DNA from: Ptychomitrium polyphyllum
Lineage: Eukaryota
Assembly: GCA_973851085.1 (NCBI GenBank)
Contig: OZ316775.1
Location: 16,120,001 to 16,184,000, forward strand
DNA: 64,000 nucleotides
Direction of reading: 5' to 3'
The position numbers and the translations under genes were made by a program. How positions within the stretch are numbered: the stretch's first letter is position 1; each line of letters opens with the position of its first letter. The notes under the pieces are model-generated. The model was not told where the DNA came from and ran no database searches. It was given only the letters and a program-made list of their open reading frames with translations. This document shows, piece by piece, positions 1-13,899 of the stretch.

Positions 1-3000
1 AATTACAGTATCAGATATAATTGCCTTCTATTATTCCTCTTGTACGGCCTTTAGTTCTTGGTCCATACTCGTTGAATCTTCCAATTGTAATCTCTTTTGT
101 TGGGAGATTGTGTACTAGAGAAACGAGAAATGGCCACTGCACTTATGGTTCCACTTATATTTCTCACATTGAAGGTCCTTGTTATTTCAGATGTCCTCTT
201 ACCGATTAGGAGTAAGCGGTTTTTTAAATCCTTTATCAGCATGATCCCACATTGTGCTTGTGGGTATGAGTGGTCTTACAGTGCAGGAAAGTCGATATGA
301 AGTTGTATTTGTCACCTACAAAAGATGTAACTTTATTGTGTTCAGGTGGAAAGATGAAGGTGCAGGCCACTGCCACTGCAAGTATGGCCTTGAAGCTTCT
401 TTCTTCAGAGTTTCTTGCGCTGCATCCAAGTTTTGCGGAACGAGTTGCAACTCTTCTTTTTGGTCTTTTACTTGCATCCCCTAAGGTAAAGATTAATCCA
501 ATAGAGCTTGAAACCTAGTTTTTGTCGTTGCAGTGTCTTTGTGTGGTCATTATGGAAGACTTTTCTTCTCTGCTGGTAACTGCTGATAATTTTGGTTGCT
601 TTCTTTGCAGACCTTCAAATTGAATTTGGCAGCATTGAGATTAGCTAGGGAAGTGCCCTTTACATTGTATGAAGCTTTGCCGGAGTTTCAGGATTCAATT
701 CCTGAACAGAAGGGAGGTGTAAAGAATCAGATGGTGCGCTGCTCATCTTTCCTCGATTCTATGACTTTGAGTTCGTTAACATTCTCAGCGATGCTTTGTA
801 CTTATTTTGAGCAGATTTTAGCTGTGCTCTAATTTTCTCTGAATTTTGTAGGATTTTATGATTTACTGTTCTGGAGCTCTGAATTTGCTGAGACCACTTT
901 CAGATTTTGCATGACCTTTACATGTCAGAGAACATGGCATAACGTGGAACCTCTTGTAATGCCAGGCTGACTTCTTATTGCTTATCAATGAAAAAGTGGT
1001 GACAAGCTTGGCCACTTCTGTGCTGATGAAGAGTGAGAATCTACTTCCGGCCTTATTTAGCTCCGCTACGGAATCCGCTCGAAACAAATGCCTAGCTCTT
1101 GCCGTTTTGCTGCGTGTTTTTCAAGTTGCTCCAAAAGGTACTTCCAAATGCCTTTTTCCACAGACAACACTGTACTGTCTAAAATTGCAAGTTCCTTGTG
1201 CTGCTATTAGTACCTGGGTATGCCTGTTGGACCTCAGAGTTGCTGAGTAAAAGATGTTCTTATCTGCAGATTGTATTTTGGACGTAGTGAACGCATCTTT
1301 ACCTTGGCTCAGTGAACAGTTAGCAGTCTTGGAAGCAGAGAAAGGCTTCGATCTGATAAGTGCAATTAGTTACCAGGTACTTCAGTCGTATTGCCAGTTT
1401 CAGTGAATTACTTTTGGCTCTGCTATGGAATTATGTTACATACTCTCATGTAATCATAATCTGGAGCGTCTAGCGAAGTTTTGTATTATTGTTCGGAGTT
1501 TTCAGGGTAACTTGCGACTAGGAAAAATTTGATGGATTTAGTTACATTTGCTGATGGCTGTCCAAGAAGGTGTGCAAAGGAAGTTACTGGAATTGTTCTT
1601 GTTTGGATTTTTAAAGCATTTTCACCTGACACATTGTTATGTTGCTGGTATGAACCATTTTTAGGAAGATCATGAGGCCGCTATAATCAGGGTCGTTGCC
1701 TATGATCGACTCGATGAAGAGCCGGTCTATATACGTGCCGAGCTGTTATTAAAGATCTTTTATCAACTCTTGCAAGTTTTACCTACAAGTCCGAAGGTTT
1801 GTATGTCAGTAACTATTGGCTTTTGTCAAGTGTTGATTGTGGGTACATAAGTCTCATGGGATCAAAGCTAATGGAAATTGATCTTCTACATACTTTTTTA
1901 TTAATTCGAGGCATTTATGTGAGTTGGAGTTAGTAGAGGGAACAAGGTGGGACTTGTATTGCTCTGGTTCTGGTTTCAAATGAAGGAGCCTTCGGAACCT
2001 GGTAATAATTTTATCTCCTTATTACTATTCTTGTTTAGCAGGGTGAATCAACTGGATCTGATGTCCCGTTGAAAAGGTTGTATGAGCTATTTGCAAGTGC
2101 ACGAGTTGGGGACAAATTTTCTCCTCATTTGCAGCTTTTGTTGAGACGCTTGTCTGATGGCGTTTTTTCTTTCCTCTCCAACTATTTTCTGTCCGCTGGT
2201 AAGACTCTGAAACAACGGACCCTCAAAAAACTTATAAATAGAGCCACGTCTCTTATGAATGAGTAGCTTCTCACGTCAGTTTATTTGGAGATTTATTATA
2301 CAGAAGAATTATTACATCTTTTAGTAGAGCACTTCGTTTTGTACAATCTGATACTTTTTTACTCGTTAATGGTGGCTTCTCGGGAGTTTCGCACATGCAT
2401 ATCTTTATAGGTGTTCTTGGTCTTAGTTGGTTTGCCTTAATTCATAGGTTTGTTGATTAACGTACTACTGTTGTGATAGAGATGAGCTTTTTGGAAGAGA
2501 TATTCGAGCTATTGTATCAGAATAGCCAAACTCTGACATGATTCATCAACGACATTCCAGAAGAAATTTCGTTTTCTCTTGTTCAGTCTCCTTTCTTTTC
2601 TTCTTTGTTAACTATCTTGATCGGTGTTCCAGATTTTGAGGCTTCACCGCATCTTCACAGCCACAGTTTAGATCTTCTGGCATCTTATTATTCACAGTTG
2701 TCAACTGCCATTGCAAAGCAGAGTCCAAAATTGGACAAGAAGGCGGTTAACCAGTTGCAAGTAGCTCTACCTGCACTTGTAGTAGGTTTAGCAAGTTCTG
2801 TTCAGGTATATGAGCTCTTAGTTCTGTATCAGATATTGCCATCTTTTCTCTTTGCGCAGTTTTCTCATGGTTCTTAAATTCGCAAGTATAACTTCGAACT
2901 TCTGGATTAATTTTCAAACTTCAACATGACAAGATCTGTCTTCAATATGCCTGCTTTCTCGAGGCCTGTAAGGGATTGTGACGTTCAACCGCCTAAGAAT

Positions 3001-6000
3001 CGGATACTTCTTGTAATGTTATGTTGCACCAAAGAAGGAAGAGTTGCACATGTTGCATTAGACATTTGTCTCTGGTTTAGTAGGTAATAATAACCGTATT
3101 AAAGCCCTGTTATTTGCTACTCATATTTCTTCAGACGGTACGAAGGAGTGCTGCAGAATGTTTAGAACAATTGTATATTTTATCAGAGAAACATTACAGT
3201 GCATCATCAGCAGGTAATTATCTCACTGCTTTTTTTATGTTATGTATTAAATTTTTAATGCTTTATGTACCCAATGTGGCTTAATATTTGCGTTTATGAT
3301 GAAGAAAACCTAGGGGAGAAGGTCTCATACCCTCGTTTTTCCCTTTTTTTAGATGTTATCAAGCAGCTCTCTTTATCCGTGATGTAATCTTTGTTTACAG
3401 AAGTGAAGAATGAAGCCAAGACTCCATGTGCTGACGTTTTACATCCAGACATATTTCAGAAAGTTCTCAAAGCTCTTGTGGAGGCTAAAACTGCATGTAC
3501 CTCCAATGAACAATATGTGTCCAAAGTATTAGATAACCTGTTGAAGGATTCAGAAAGCGAGATCTCATCAAGTACCAAGGCACCTAGGTAACATATTACC
3601 GAATCGTATTTTTGCTTGTATTTTGTACTAACAAGTTTGGAATTTACACGTTGAAGCTCTTGGTTTAAAATCAAGAAACTATTAACCATTTCTTTAATTC
3701 CTACCTTGTCGATTAAGTTCTAGCTTTTTGTTTCCATTCGTCAATGTCTTATTTGACGATAACCGTTTGTAAGCTTTCCTGAGTTGATCTGTTATTTTTG
3801 TTGCAATTATGCAGGTTGAAGTCTGTGGCATGTAATGCTGTAGTTCATTTCTTCACTGCGCATGCTTTGAAACTCTGTGCAGTAGCGCAGGTGTGTATAC
3901 TTCGAGTTGTTTTAACCAAAACAAATTTGGTTCCTTTGTTATTGCTGCATATTAAGCACTGTTATTGGATGTATGAAATGCGTCATTGTTAACTGACTGA
4001 TTTTCTTCTGGTTCAGAGAATTCTATTCTCAGTAATGAAAGGCACAGGACATGAGGTAGAGATCTTAGGTGCGGTAGTTGGAACTTTAGAGCACCTTTCG
4101 GAACGACGTGTGCGGCACCACCTGCACTCCAGTTCTGAATCTAGCGCTGACAAGTTGTCACCTGCGGAAGTGGACCTTGTCGATGCTTTATTGCAGGTAC
4201 TTTATCATGTTTACACGTGCTTTGTCGAAAGCACCAAATAGGTTTTCACCGTTTTCAGTTGCAGTTTTTTTACTGTTGACAATTGTGTACTGCATCATAA
4301 TATCCTAGTTTTTTAGTGGTCTTGTTTTTTTCTGATTTTGCAGATGTTTACTCCTAAAGCTGCTATAGCAATGATTGCCTCGGCCAGCGCTATGAAACAA
4401 CCTCTGAATCTCTTGCTTGAATTTTTGAAAGTAAGCATATTGTTATTTTTATTACGAGTTGCAGGTTTTAAAGGACCTTTTCTGAATTATATATATATTA
4501 TGCTTATATTAGATATCTTGCTGTATTCTTAGTTACGTTTATTGGTGATTCAGGTTGAGGGAGGCCTTACGTCAGATTCGGCAGTTGCAAAACCCTGCAT
4601 AGCAGCTCTTAGGTGCTTGACAGTGGAGTTCTTCAAACATCTTACGGTTCTTGTGCAGGTGACATTCTTATTAATTAGGATCATTGTGTAGGCCAGAGAT
4701 ACATTTAATCAACATATTCTTTATGTATTTTTATGTTTGAGTTTGTGCAAATAGATGTGGTCAGTGTCACTGCCATGCCTTTACGCTTGTATCCTGCTCG
4801 CTTATTGGTGAATATGACTAATTAGGTTTTTCTCTTTCAGCAATTAAAAAAGGTTATTTTGACTTTGACATCTTATATTTTTCATTTATATTCCTATTGC
4901 CGCAGAATATTAATCATGATCTTATGAACAACGTTCTTTCTGGTCCAGCTTGGTAATAGTTCTTAAGAACTAGAAAGAATTTTCGAAATATTTTCTTATT
5001 GCAATCAATAGGTTTTTAACATTTCTGTTGACATCTATTCTTATGTGTGCAATCTTTAGGAGCAAGTCTTCCAAGCTTTAGTGGAATTAAGTTCTTCTAT
5101 GTGTGCCGACATCCATGCGCCAGCACAAGCTGTACTGCGAAATATTGTTGTGAGTATCCTCAAGTATTTTCCTGAAATTCTTTTACTGGACGGACATTTT
5201 AGTCTGACGTATCTTGATATGTGGTGCTAAGTCTTTTGAGCGTATTGCTTGTTTTCTGAAATTAAGCTGTGATTGTTGGAATTTTTAGCACGACAATTTG
5301 CACTGTGAACGAATTGAATTTGACGCTTTTTTTTAACTCTTGGGTATTATATGGTCTGCATACCCTGATCAATCATGACGTTCAGAGTTTCTAGTTTGCT
5401 GCCATATTGTTAGCAATCCTAACGAGGAGCTATGTTGTGTCGCAGGTTCCTGCTCAAGTAATTGCAGCCTACTTGCACCAGCTTTGCAGTGAAAATAAAG
5501 TCATTGAGGAGAATCCTGCAAAGAAGAAGAGAAGGGTAAAGCCGGCAAAGATTAACGAAGTGGTGCCTTTGTGGTCTACTCCTCAGCAACAACTTTCATG
5601 CACTGCTGCTCTGCTGGAAGTACTGGCATGGCTGCCTAACATAGAAGACAGGTATTGTGAGGTGCTTAGAAATACATACATATGCTTTTTAGCTTATGCC
5701 TTGCAAAGGGTTTACAGTTCCAGTAGATTCAGATTACCGCAGTTCTTTATTTTGTACAAGTGCTATCATTTGATAACACTTATGGATTTGGCATATAGCC
5801 TGTAGAACATATGAGCATCATGTGTAGGAAGCTTGACGGTGTGTTCGCATTTCAGGCAAGAACTTGTGGCACCTTTATATCAGTTGCTGAAGTATTATCA
5901 GGGTGAGAAATGGCAACTTCTCAATTCAGGAATTTTCAGCTTACTATCTCGTGAAGATAGAACCATGCCACTTATAAGCCTCGACTACATCCAACAGCTG

Positions 6001-9000
6001 ATATTCATTAATCTTGAAAGATTAGCGGCTACTATTCTATCTGATACAAATTCAGAACATGCGGTGAGCAATTTTCTATTTTTTACCAAGAGAGTTCTTA
6101 GTATCGTTCTTTCCAGTTGTGCAGTTAAGTTTACTATTAGTTTGTTTCCGTCGGTTTTACCAAAGCAGCGCCTCACTTTCTCAGTTTGCTCCGCCATACG
6201 TATTATTGAACGCTTTTTATGTAGATATGAGCCATTCCTTTGTTGGTGTATAGTTGTATCGTTACAGTTCAGCGTGGATGACTTTGGTCTCTGGGCCTGA
6301 TTGCCAATCGAATGTATTGAACGGCGGTGCTGATATCGTATTGTGGATGTAAATTGATGTCAGGAAATCTTCGATATTGATATTCTCGTCCAGTGCGTTG
6401 CGGATGCTTCAGATACTACCTCCCGGAACCAAGCTTTGATGTTGCTCACTGCCATCGCAAGAGTCTTCCCTCAGAAAGTCTTGAATCACATTGTGGATCT
6501 CATTTCAGTTATTGGAGCGTCTACAATAACACAGGTTTGCTTTAGTTCTTTTACTTGAGTCTGCCTAAATACTAATGTGATCGTCATATCTTTCGTTTTA
6601 CGTGGAGGTTTAAATGATACTGCCACGTATACACTATGAAGTCTTTTTATCGATGGTCATTTATCGAACATTTATTTGGTGACCGGATATACCAATCGTT
6701 AATGTTCAGGATGACAAGTATTCTCATGACGTCACTCAACAACTACTAGTCACTGTGGTCCCATTCTGGTTGAAAATCAACAAGGATCCCACGGCACTTT
6801 TGCAGGTAATTATATACTGTTCGAATCTTGTACTTGCCAACATGTATTTATTAGATGGACTTAATCAGATGGATTGAATACAGTCTGTTACTAGCTCGCA
6901 TTTGATCTTGATATCTATACAATCGTTTCCTCCAGATAGTCTTCAGAACGTGCGTGTTCTTTAGGCTCTGCTGTATCTTTAATGATGCCTCACAGCTTGT
7001 CTTAACCATTATTACTTGATGCTTCCTGTGCTTCTGTCATCGATTTGGAAAGCAGGTTATTGTATCCGCTCTTCCCCAAGTTCCAGTACATCGAAGAATG
7101 TCACTTGTCACCACTCTGCTCCGGTAAGCTTCCACCAGATCAGCTTCTGCTTTGTTAGATTATACTGCTTAAACAGGTTATTGTGTGTGGTATCTGCACT
7201 GTGTCAATGATTGGTTCATAGTTCTGGTTTGTGTTTTTAATCTGTTCACAACATAATTTATTACTGACCCCGTGTTTTAACCAGAGTAATGAAGGAGAAA
7301 GTCAGTCTTCATATATTCCTTATGTTGCTACTTGATGGGACTATGCGCACCACAAATGGCGGAGTACGAGGAGAAAACCGTGAGGAAAGAGGAGCTATTG
7401 AGATATGGAAGGAACGTTGGGAAGTGAAGTTTGCAAAAGATATTTGCCAGGAGTACGAACCAAATACGTGGCTTCCGGCTTTAGTGAAGTTGCTAAAAGC
7501 TACTTCAGCCAGTACTTCTCCTGCTGCGAGTCAGTTTATAATTTATCAGCTACAAAGTCTTGATGACAACATTAAAGCACACGTTCCCCAGGTAACTTTT
7601 TGTGATTATAAGTATCTTCTCTGTGATCATACGTTTGAGTGAGTTTGAAGGAGGTCGAGTTTTTAATTAGGATCTGTCGCTTGTTTCAGTGTTATCCATG
7701 CTGCTTGTTTGAAAGTGTGGATTGAGCAGTGTGCACTTTTAACATCTTTCTATAGTTAACTCAAATCTTAAATTTATGGTTGAGAGAAGCTTAATTTGTC
7801 TTTTGCATCTTTGGCAACGTACTGTATTACGTATTATATATTTTGAACTTGTACTTTCTACGTGTATGCCCCTTCGTCATAGGTTTTGGTTCCTGGTAAC
7901 ATGTAAAGAAAAATGACATGCGACCAGCATAGGATTATGTTTAGAAAAGTAATATTTTGACAAGGCAACATCGGAAATTAACCCGTCCATTTTTAGCTGA
8001 AGTTGATGTAGACGCATATAATCCATTATAGTTCTTGTGTTGTCTTGGTTGTGCGACCAATTTAGTTTTGCCTTATTATCTGACTCGTCAAGAGTTGTGG
8101 TTTGACAGGAGGCATTTGTGGCCCTATTAGGGCAGGTTGTAATACAATTGCATTCAAGCAAGAAAGAAAACCAGCTTTCGTTGGTTGCATTGTTGGACTG
8201 TCTGACGTTTGTTATGGCGCCGATTGCTTATCTAGAAGGATTAATCAAACTACTGAAGGTTACTGATAACGAGATCCGTCAGAAGGTAAGCAAAGAGATC
8301 AACCTGGAAAGAGATCAGGTTTGCAGCGGTGACATGTCTTTGAGCTCTACAACAAGCCATATTTCTTCGTGTGTTTACTGTTGGCAACATAATTCCAAAC
8401 GATGTTTTTACTCAACTAATTCTCTTGCATCCACCTTTTTAGATTTTAATGATTTGAAGACAGCACTCTTCATATGGATAAATGGAATTTATACATGGAT
8501 AATGTCGGTGATATTTTGGATCTGACATCAGTTTTTTGCACAGGTCCTCATCCTCTACACTTCCAGGATGAAGATGCAGGATGAAGTTGGTGGGCACCCT
8601 CACAGAAGTAACAAAGTCGAACAGAAGCTGGCTGACAAGAAAACGTTGATGAGGGAGAATGAACTTCAAGAACGAATGGTGTCAGAGATATCAGATATAT
8701 TACTAGCACCTACAGAAGATGGTTCAACTGGTGTAAAAAATGCAGCAATAGAAGCTCTGGAAAAATGTGCGTCAAGGTTGGCTGGCACTAGCCGTGCAGC
8801 ATCCCTAGTTGATATCTTGGCTGCTGTAGTTTCTGTCTTGGATGCCAAGAAGAAAGCACTCTGCGTCACTGGAGTTCGTTGTGTGGGTACCCTAGTTAGC
8901 ATCTTGGGTCCGCGGGCCTTGCCATCTCTGCCTGCTATCATGACTCAGTTGCTTATTATGGGCAGGGATGCTATGTTAAACCCTGGCCATCTTGGTGGAA

Positions 9001-11072
9001 CCAGAGAATCCATTGTTACTGCAGGAACAGATATTATTGCATCTGTTCTCAAGACTTTAGGTATAATTGTGGAGAATCTAGGTGTATTCTTAAACCCTTA
9101 CTTGGCTGACTTAATCTCCTTTCTAGTACTCCAACCGTCTGTGATTAAGGCCCTCGATGCTAAAGTGACTAGCAATGCTGTTGCACTAAGGGTGCTGATT
9201 TCTGAAAAGATTCCAGTAAGCATCCTTCTCAGTACTAAATTTTCTGTCTTTTAGTTCACCTTTTTCTCTAGTCTTTGAGAAAGCATTATTTACGCCTTTG
9301 CTACGTGCTAGAGAATCACATTGTGAACCTTTGACTGTAATCTGTCTTACACAGGGTTTTACCACGCACTTGTGAGTGATGATTGATGACTAATTTTGTT
9401 ACTAATAATCAGTTTCATTGATTTGCAGGCACGTCTCTTACTGGATCCTTTAATTGATAGTTACGAACAATCGCTAAGTATTGGTCATGAAGCTACGACG
9501 GCTTTGTTCAACATGATAGCTGCTGTAGCTTCAAGGATGGACAGGACCTCAGTGCCTTTGTACCATACGAAGATTTTCCATGTTTGCCTCCGGGCTTTGG
9601 ACCTCCGTTGCAACAGGCCCTCTAATTTAGCATCAATTGCAGGAGTAGAAAAGTCCGTCATTGAAGCCTTTTCCTCGCTTAGTTTAAAGCTGAGCGAGAA
9701 CTCCTTCAAGCCTTTATTCATTAATGTAATTGATTGGGCGCAAACTAGTCCTGTTGAAGATGGTGGATTTCCCGGAACTGTTTCCAGAAGAATCTCTTTT
9801 TTTGGACTTGTCCATCAGCTTTTGGAAAAACTACGGTAAGGTTTTTCTAACTACGTTAGCTTTATACAAATGTTGCATGCAGTACAATCCTCTATTCATT
9901 CTGCATGAAAAGCTATATTGGTTTCATAGGATTAGCACAAATGTTTCTACTGCTGTGTTTATTGTTTTGCGTGCTATGCCTCCTTGTTTTTTTAAACGTC
10001 TATGTTCTCTGTTATAGCTCGTTTAATGTCTCGGATGTCCAGGTTTCAGAGCAAGTATTTATTTCACATGTTTTTGATGTGCAGGTCTTTATTTGTTCCA
10101 TACTTCAGTTTCTTTCTAGATCTCTGCATTTCCACTCTTACAGATGGTCAAACTGTTGGAGGCTCAGATTCTACAAAACCGAAAAAGAAAAAGAAAAAAT
10201 CAACTGCGGATGCGGATGGTTCTGGTGTAGGTTTAAGCCTTGCGTCATGGCATCTGCGACAGCTGGTCCTCTCCTCTCTGCACAAGTGCTTCCTCTTTGA
10301 TACGATTGACTTCCTTGATTCAGCGAAATTCCAGGTATCTATTACAACTTGCTTTATCATCTCATTTGAGAGTTCGCCATCATCAAGTTGATCGAGGTTC
10401 ACATTTTTTAATCTTAATTTGAGTGCTCCAAGCTAATGGCCTTTCCTATATTTACTGAAGTAGTAACATGAGTGCGTTGGTTGTTCAGCAATTATTAGGA
10501 CCAGTTGTGTCACAACTCTTGGTGGAAACTCCACCCAGCCTCGGTAGTTCAGAGGACGAGAATGGCCTCGAAAGGATTGCGACTTTGAATGAAATGGATG
10601 ATACAGTAGTTTCGTGTGTGAGCCAAATGGCTTTGGCATCTGGAAGTGATTTGTTTTGGAAGCCCTTGAATCGTGAGGTACGTATTAGTTGAATGCTCTT
10701 TTAAGATACCGCTTGTTTTCCTGTCTAGTATGTCTGAACTTGTGCCGCTTTCCTGTGCTGTTTTGCTGAAGACGATTACTCTCTTCCTTCCCGCTGCATC
10801 AGTTCTATACTGATTTTGTTTGTAATGGGACGCCTGAGCAGGTACTAATGTGTACAAGGAATAAAAAGTTGAGACCTCGTCTACTTGCATTGAGAGTTGT
10901 GAAGCTGCTGGCAGAGCAATTGAAGGAGGAGTATCTCGTCCTATTGCCGGAAACCTTACCCTTTCTGGCAGAGCTTTTGGAAGACAGTGAGCTGGTTGTA
11001 GTGGCTAAGAGTCAGGAAATAATCAAGATCCTCGAGACTAATAGTGGTGAAAGTCTGTCACAGTACTTCTGA
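1..11072 (+). CDS. UTP10: HEAT-repeat U3 snoRNA-associated protein 10 (HEATR1/UTP10/BAP28), multi-exon, 5' end outside window
   Basis: Many short GT-AG-bounded Leu-rich helical exons. Last exons at 8544-9215, 9429-9835, 10085-10334, 10489-10677 and 10842-11072 (TGA) encode the BP28CT-like segment 'SLSLKLSENSFKPLFINVIDWA...FFGLVHQLLEKLRSLFVPYF' and the diagnostic C-terminus 'LKEEYLVLLPETLPFLAELLED...LETNSGESLSQYF'. Confidence 0.93.
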
Positions 11073-11749
11073 AAACATTGATTTTCATCATACAAAATTT
11101 GACACAACCTGGATTAGAGTAGTGTTTCTGCTGATTTGGAATTCCCAGATTGCCATAAGATTTTGGGTTTCCTGGTCACATTGTCTCCAATTCCTTCTAT
11201 TAACTGAAACTGGAGAACCAACGACTATCTTTCCACGAGATTCTGTGTTTGTGTAAGAGTCTTTTTGTTTGACTTGCATTAATAACGCAGGTGTAACAGC
11301 AATTTTAGCAATACTTCGACGTGTGCCCTTTGAACTTTTTCATGCTTACTCGCGTGTTGTTTCTTTGTACCACGAACTGTTTTATGGTGATGCCTGCATG
11401 ACCTGTTCTTTCCACAAAGAAATGCAGTAGCCAAAAACTTACAAGCTATTTTTTTCTTCCACCTTTATAAAATTTACTAAAGTGCTAATGTTCCGATCCC
11501 AAAATCGGTTCGTGAAAAGGCACACGGGGTTTGTTTTTAAAGTAGAAGTACTATGGAAAAATTGACGAATTGGTCGGGAGTCTACGTAAATCTCACTGCG
11601 GCATCATTAGGCGTCCAGGTCACGCAGGGGTTGGGCTTGTGGTGAAACTCCTTTGAGGGTCCAGATCGATACACATACTACATTGGGTTCAATCGAGGAT
11701 TTCTGTTGCGGACAGAACTTTACACCAAAAGTTAGATTTTGTAACAACA

Positions 11750-13400
11750 ATTCTAGATACCTTGCCCTGATCCTAAATGTAAACCGCTTTAAGGAAATGT
11801 TAAATAAGCTTTTGATTGAAACAAAAACTTAACAATGTTTACTCTTTTAACATTTTGAACTTCATATTGGTTCTTGTTCTATTGTATTAAACAAGGTAGA
11901 CTGGACTTAACAAGCAATATTATGAAACAATTCTTATTGGTTTCAAACCAATAGATTTCATGTCAAATTTGTAATTGAATTCTTTTGTTGCACAAAAGTT
12001 CCCCTTATAAATCTTGGCATCTTACTTGGCTAGCAATAAATATTGATAATGGAAAGTAACAAATTTAAATCAAAGTTTAGTTGTGGGTTTTATTCCAAAT
12101 TTCATTGAAGGAGTAATTGTTTAGAGAAGGAATACTTACTTTGTGATTTATCTTTGAATTCCTAAAAATAAAAGCATTTAATATTTATTTTAGTATAACA
12201 AGTAATGTGAAACTCATCAATAAGTATTAATGTTGTAAATTTGAACTTCCCTTCTTTTTAATCATGTAAGTTTTTTGTTCATATGACCATATTGTCGAAC
12301 TCAAATTTTTGATATGATTGAAAATCTGAATTCTTGAAAGTACATTTTGTCTTGTACAATAAAATGTGTTCCATGAATGTATGAACTGCACTTGTTTTTA
12401 AATAGTGTTGCAAAAACATAAGATAAAATATGTGGTATATTCTTTTCATCTTCTAGTTTTTCTATATCATATTTTGTGACTTAATGCATGATTGATTGAA
12501 AATTTGGAGTCATGGAGGTGCAATTGTTTAAAAGATATTTTATAGTTTATTAGTTTATTAAATACTTGGTTGTTAGATTACAAAGAAAAATCACAAGGTG
12601 AACTTATTGTAGTATAATTATAATGTCTTTTAAAGAAATAATCCAATTGAAAACACTATAACACCTTAATTATTATAAGTATTCTAGAATTTTATTTTTT
12701 TGATAGTAGAACATAAACCTCCAAATCCTCATTAATACCCTCTTCAATCTCTTTTCTGGAAATCTTTGTTGAATTTGCAATTTGGAATTATTCTAGTTTT
12801 TAAACTTTATTGGTTTTTTGTTAGCTGTAAATACAAAGAAAAATATTTCGCTTACTTCAATTGGATTATTTATAAAATTTGGATTCATAAAAAAATCATC
12901 AAAATTGCATTGTATTATGGAAATTATTTTGTGTTTCCTTCTATTTTTTGAATGCATCACATCTTATTCTCTCACATTTGATACATCTATACCTAACATG
13001 GCATTTTTGGTAATAATTAAAACATCTCCAATTTTGATAATGCAAAGATGTCACTTTATAATGCATTGATGTATACTTAGTATTTCAAGCCTTACATGAA
13101 AAGGTTCTTTTACTTCAAACATTATGATCTTTCAATCTATGCATTTAGCTTTCATAGGAAAAATTATACAATTCATAGTAACCAATTTCTAAATCATACA
13201 ATTGAAGAATGATTTTTGATCTATTTATTTCTAAATTTTATAATTTTTCCTTTGCATTAAAAATGATATTCTCTGTGAAGTATGTGAATTGTTTGTAAAA
13301 TGATCTCCTTTTTCAATAAAAATTTCAGTCTTATAATCTGTGTTCATGATTGAAATTTGTACCTCAATGAGTAAATGCAATGCATTGTGGGTCACTCATT
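11750..13400. repeat. AT-rich decayed repeat/TE-remnant block
   Basis: Abrupt shift to very AT-rich, CpG-poor sequence with no credible ORF. No family-diagnostic termini recognised. Confidence 0.4.
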
Positions 13401-13899
13401 TACTTGTTGACACAGATGTGTAGGGCATACATATTTGGTGACTCATTCACTTTTCTGAAGTAACCCTACAGCCCAGAATCATAAGGGGTGGTATGCTTTC
13501 TATTTTCTAGAGTTGTATCTTCTGTAATTTTGCATGGAAGTGACCTCGATTCTTCTGCTCTTAATATACTGAATGTAACTGCATCAAACATGTAACTTCA
13601 AGTTTTACATAACTTCACAATCTACATTACAAAAATATTTCAGTAGGAACAAGATAAACTAAAGAAATAACTGCACCATCAGAAAGCAGATTGATTATTC
13701 AAGTAGTACGTGGCATTTGGCAATAACAACGTTCTTTCATTCTAATTTTGAGAGTAAGGTATCTTCCAACTATCACCCATGCTCATGTATGGCTGCCTAT
13801 TAGAAGTACTTCACCTATGAAATTTTTGAGACACAGGGACTGTTGTCAAGAATAATCGGTACTTCTTTTATTCTCTAATGATTGACAACCATGGTCTCT

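Noticed and set aside
11685..11700. gggttcaatc as a tRNA/SINE B-box
   Set aside because: No T-stem, A-box or cloverleaf pairing around it.
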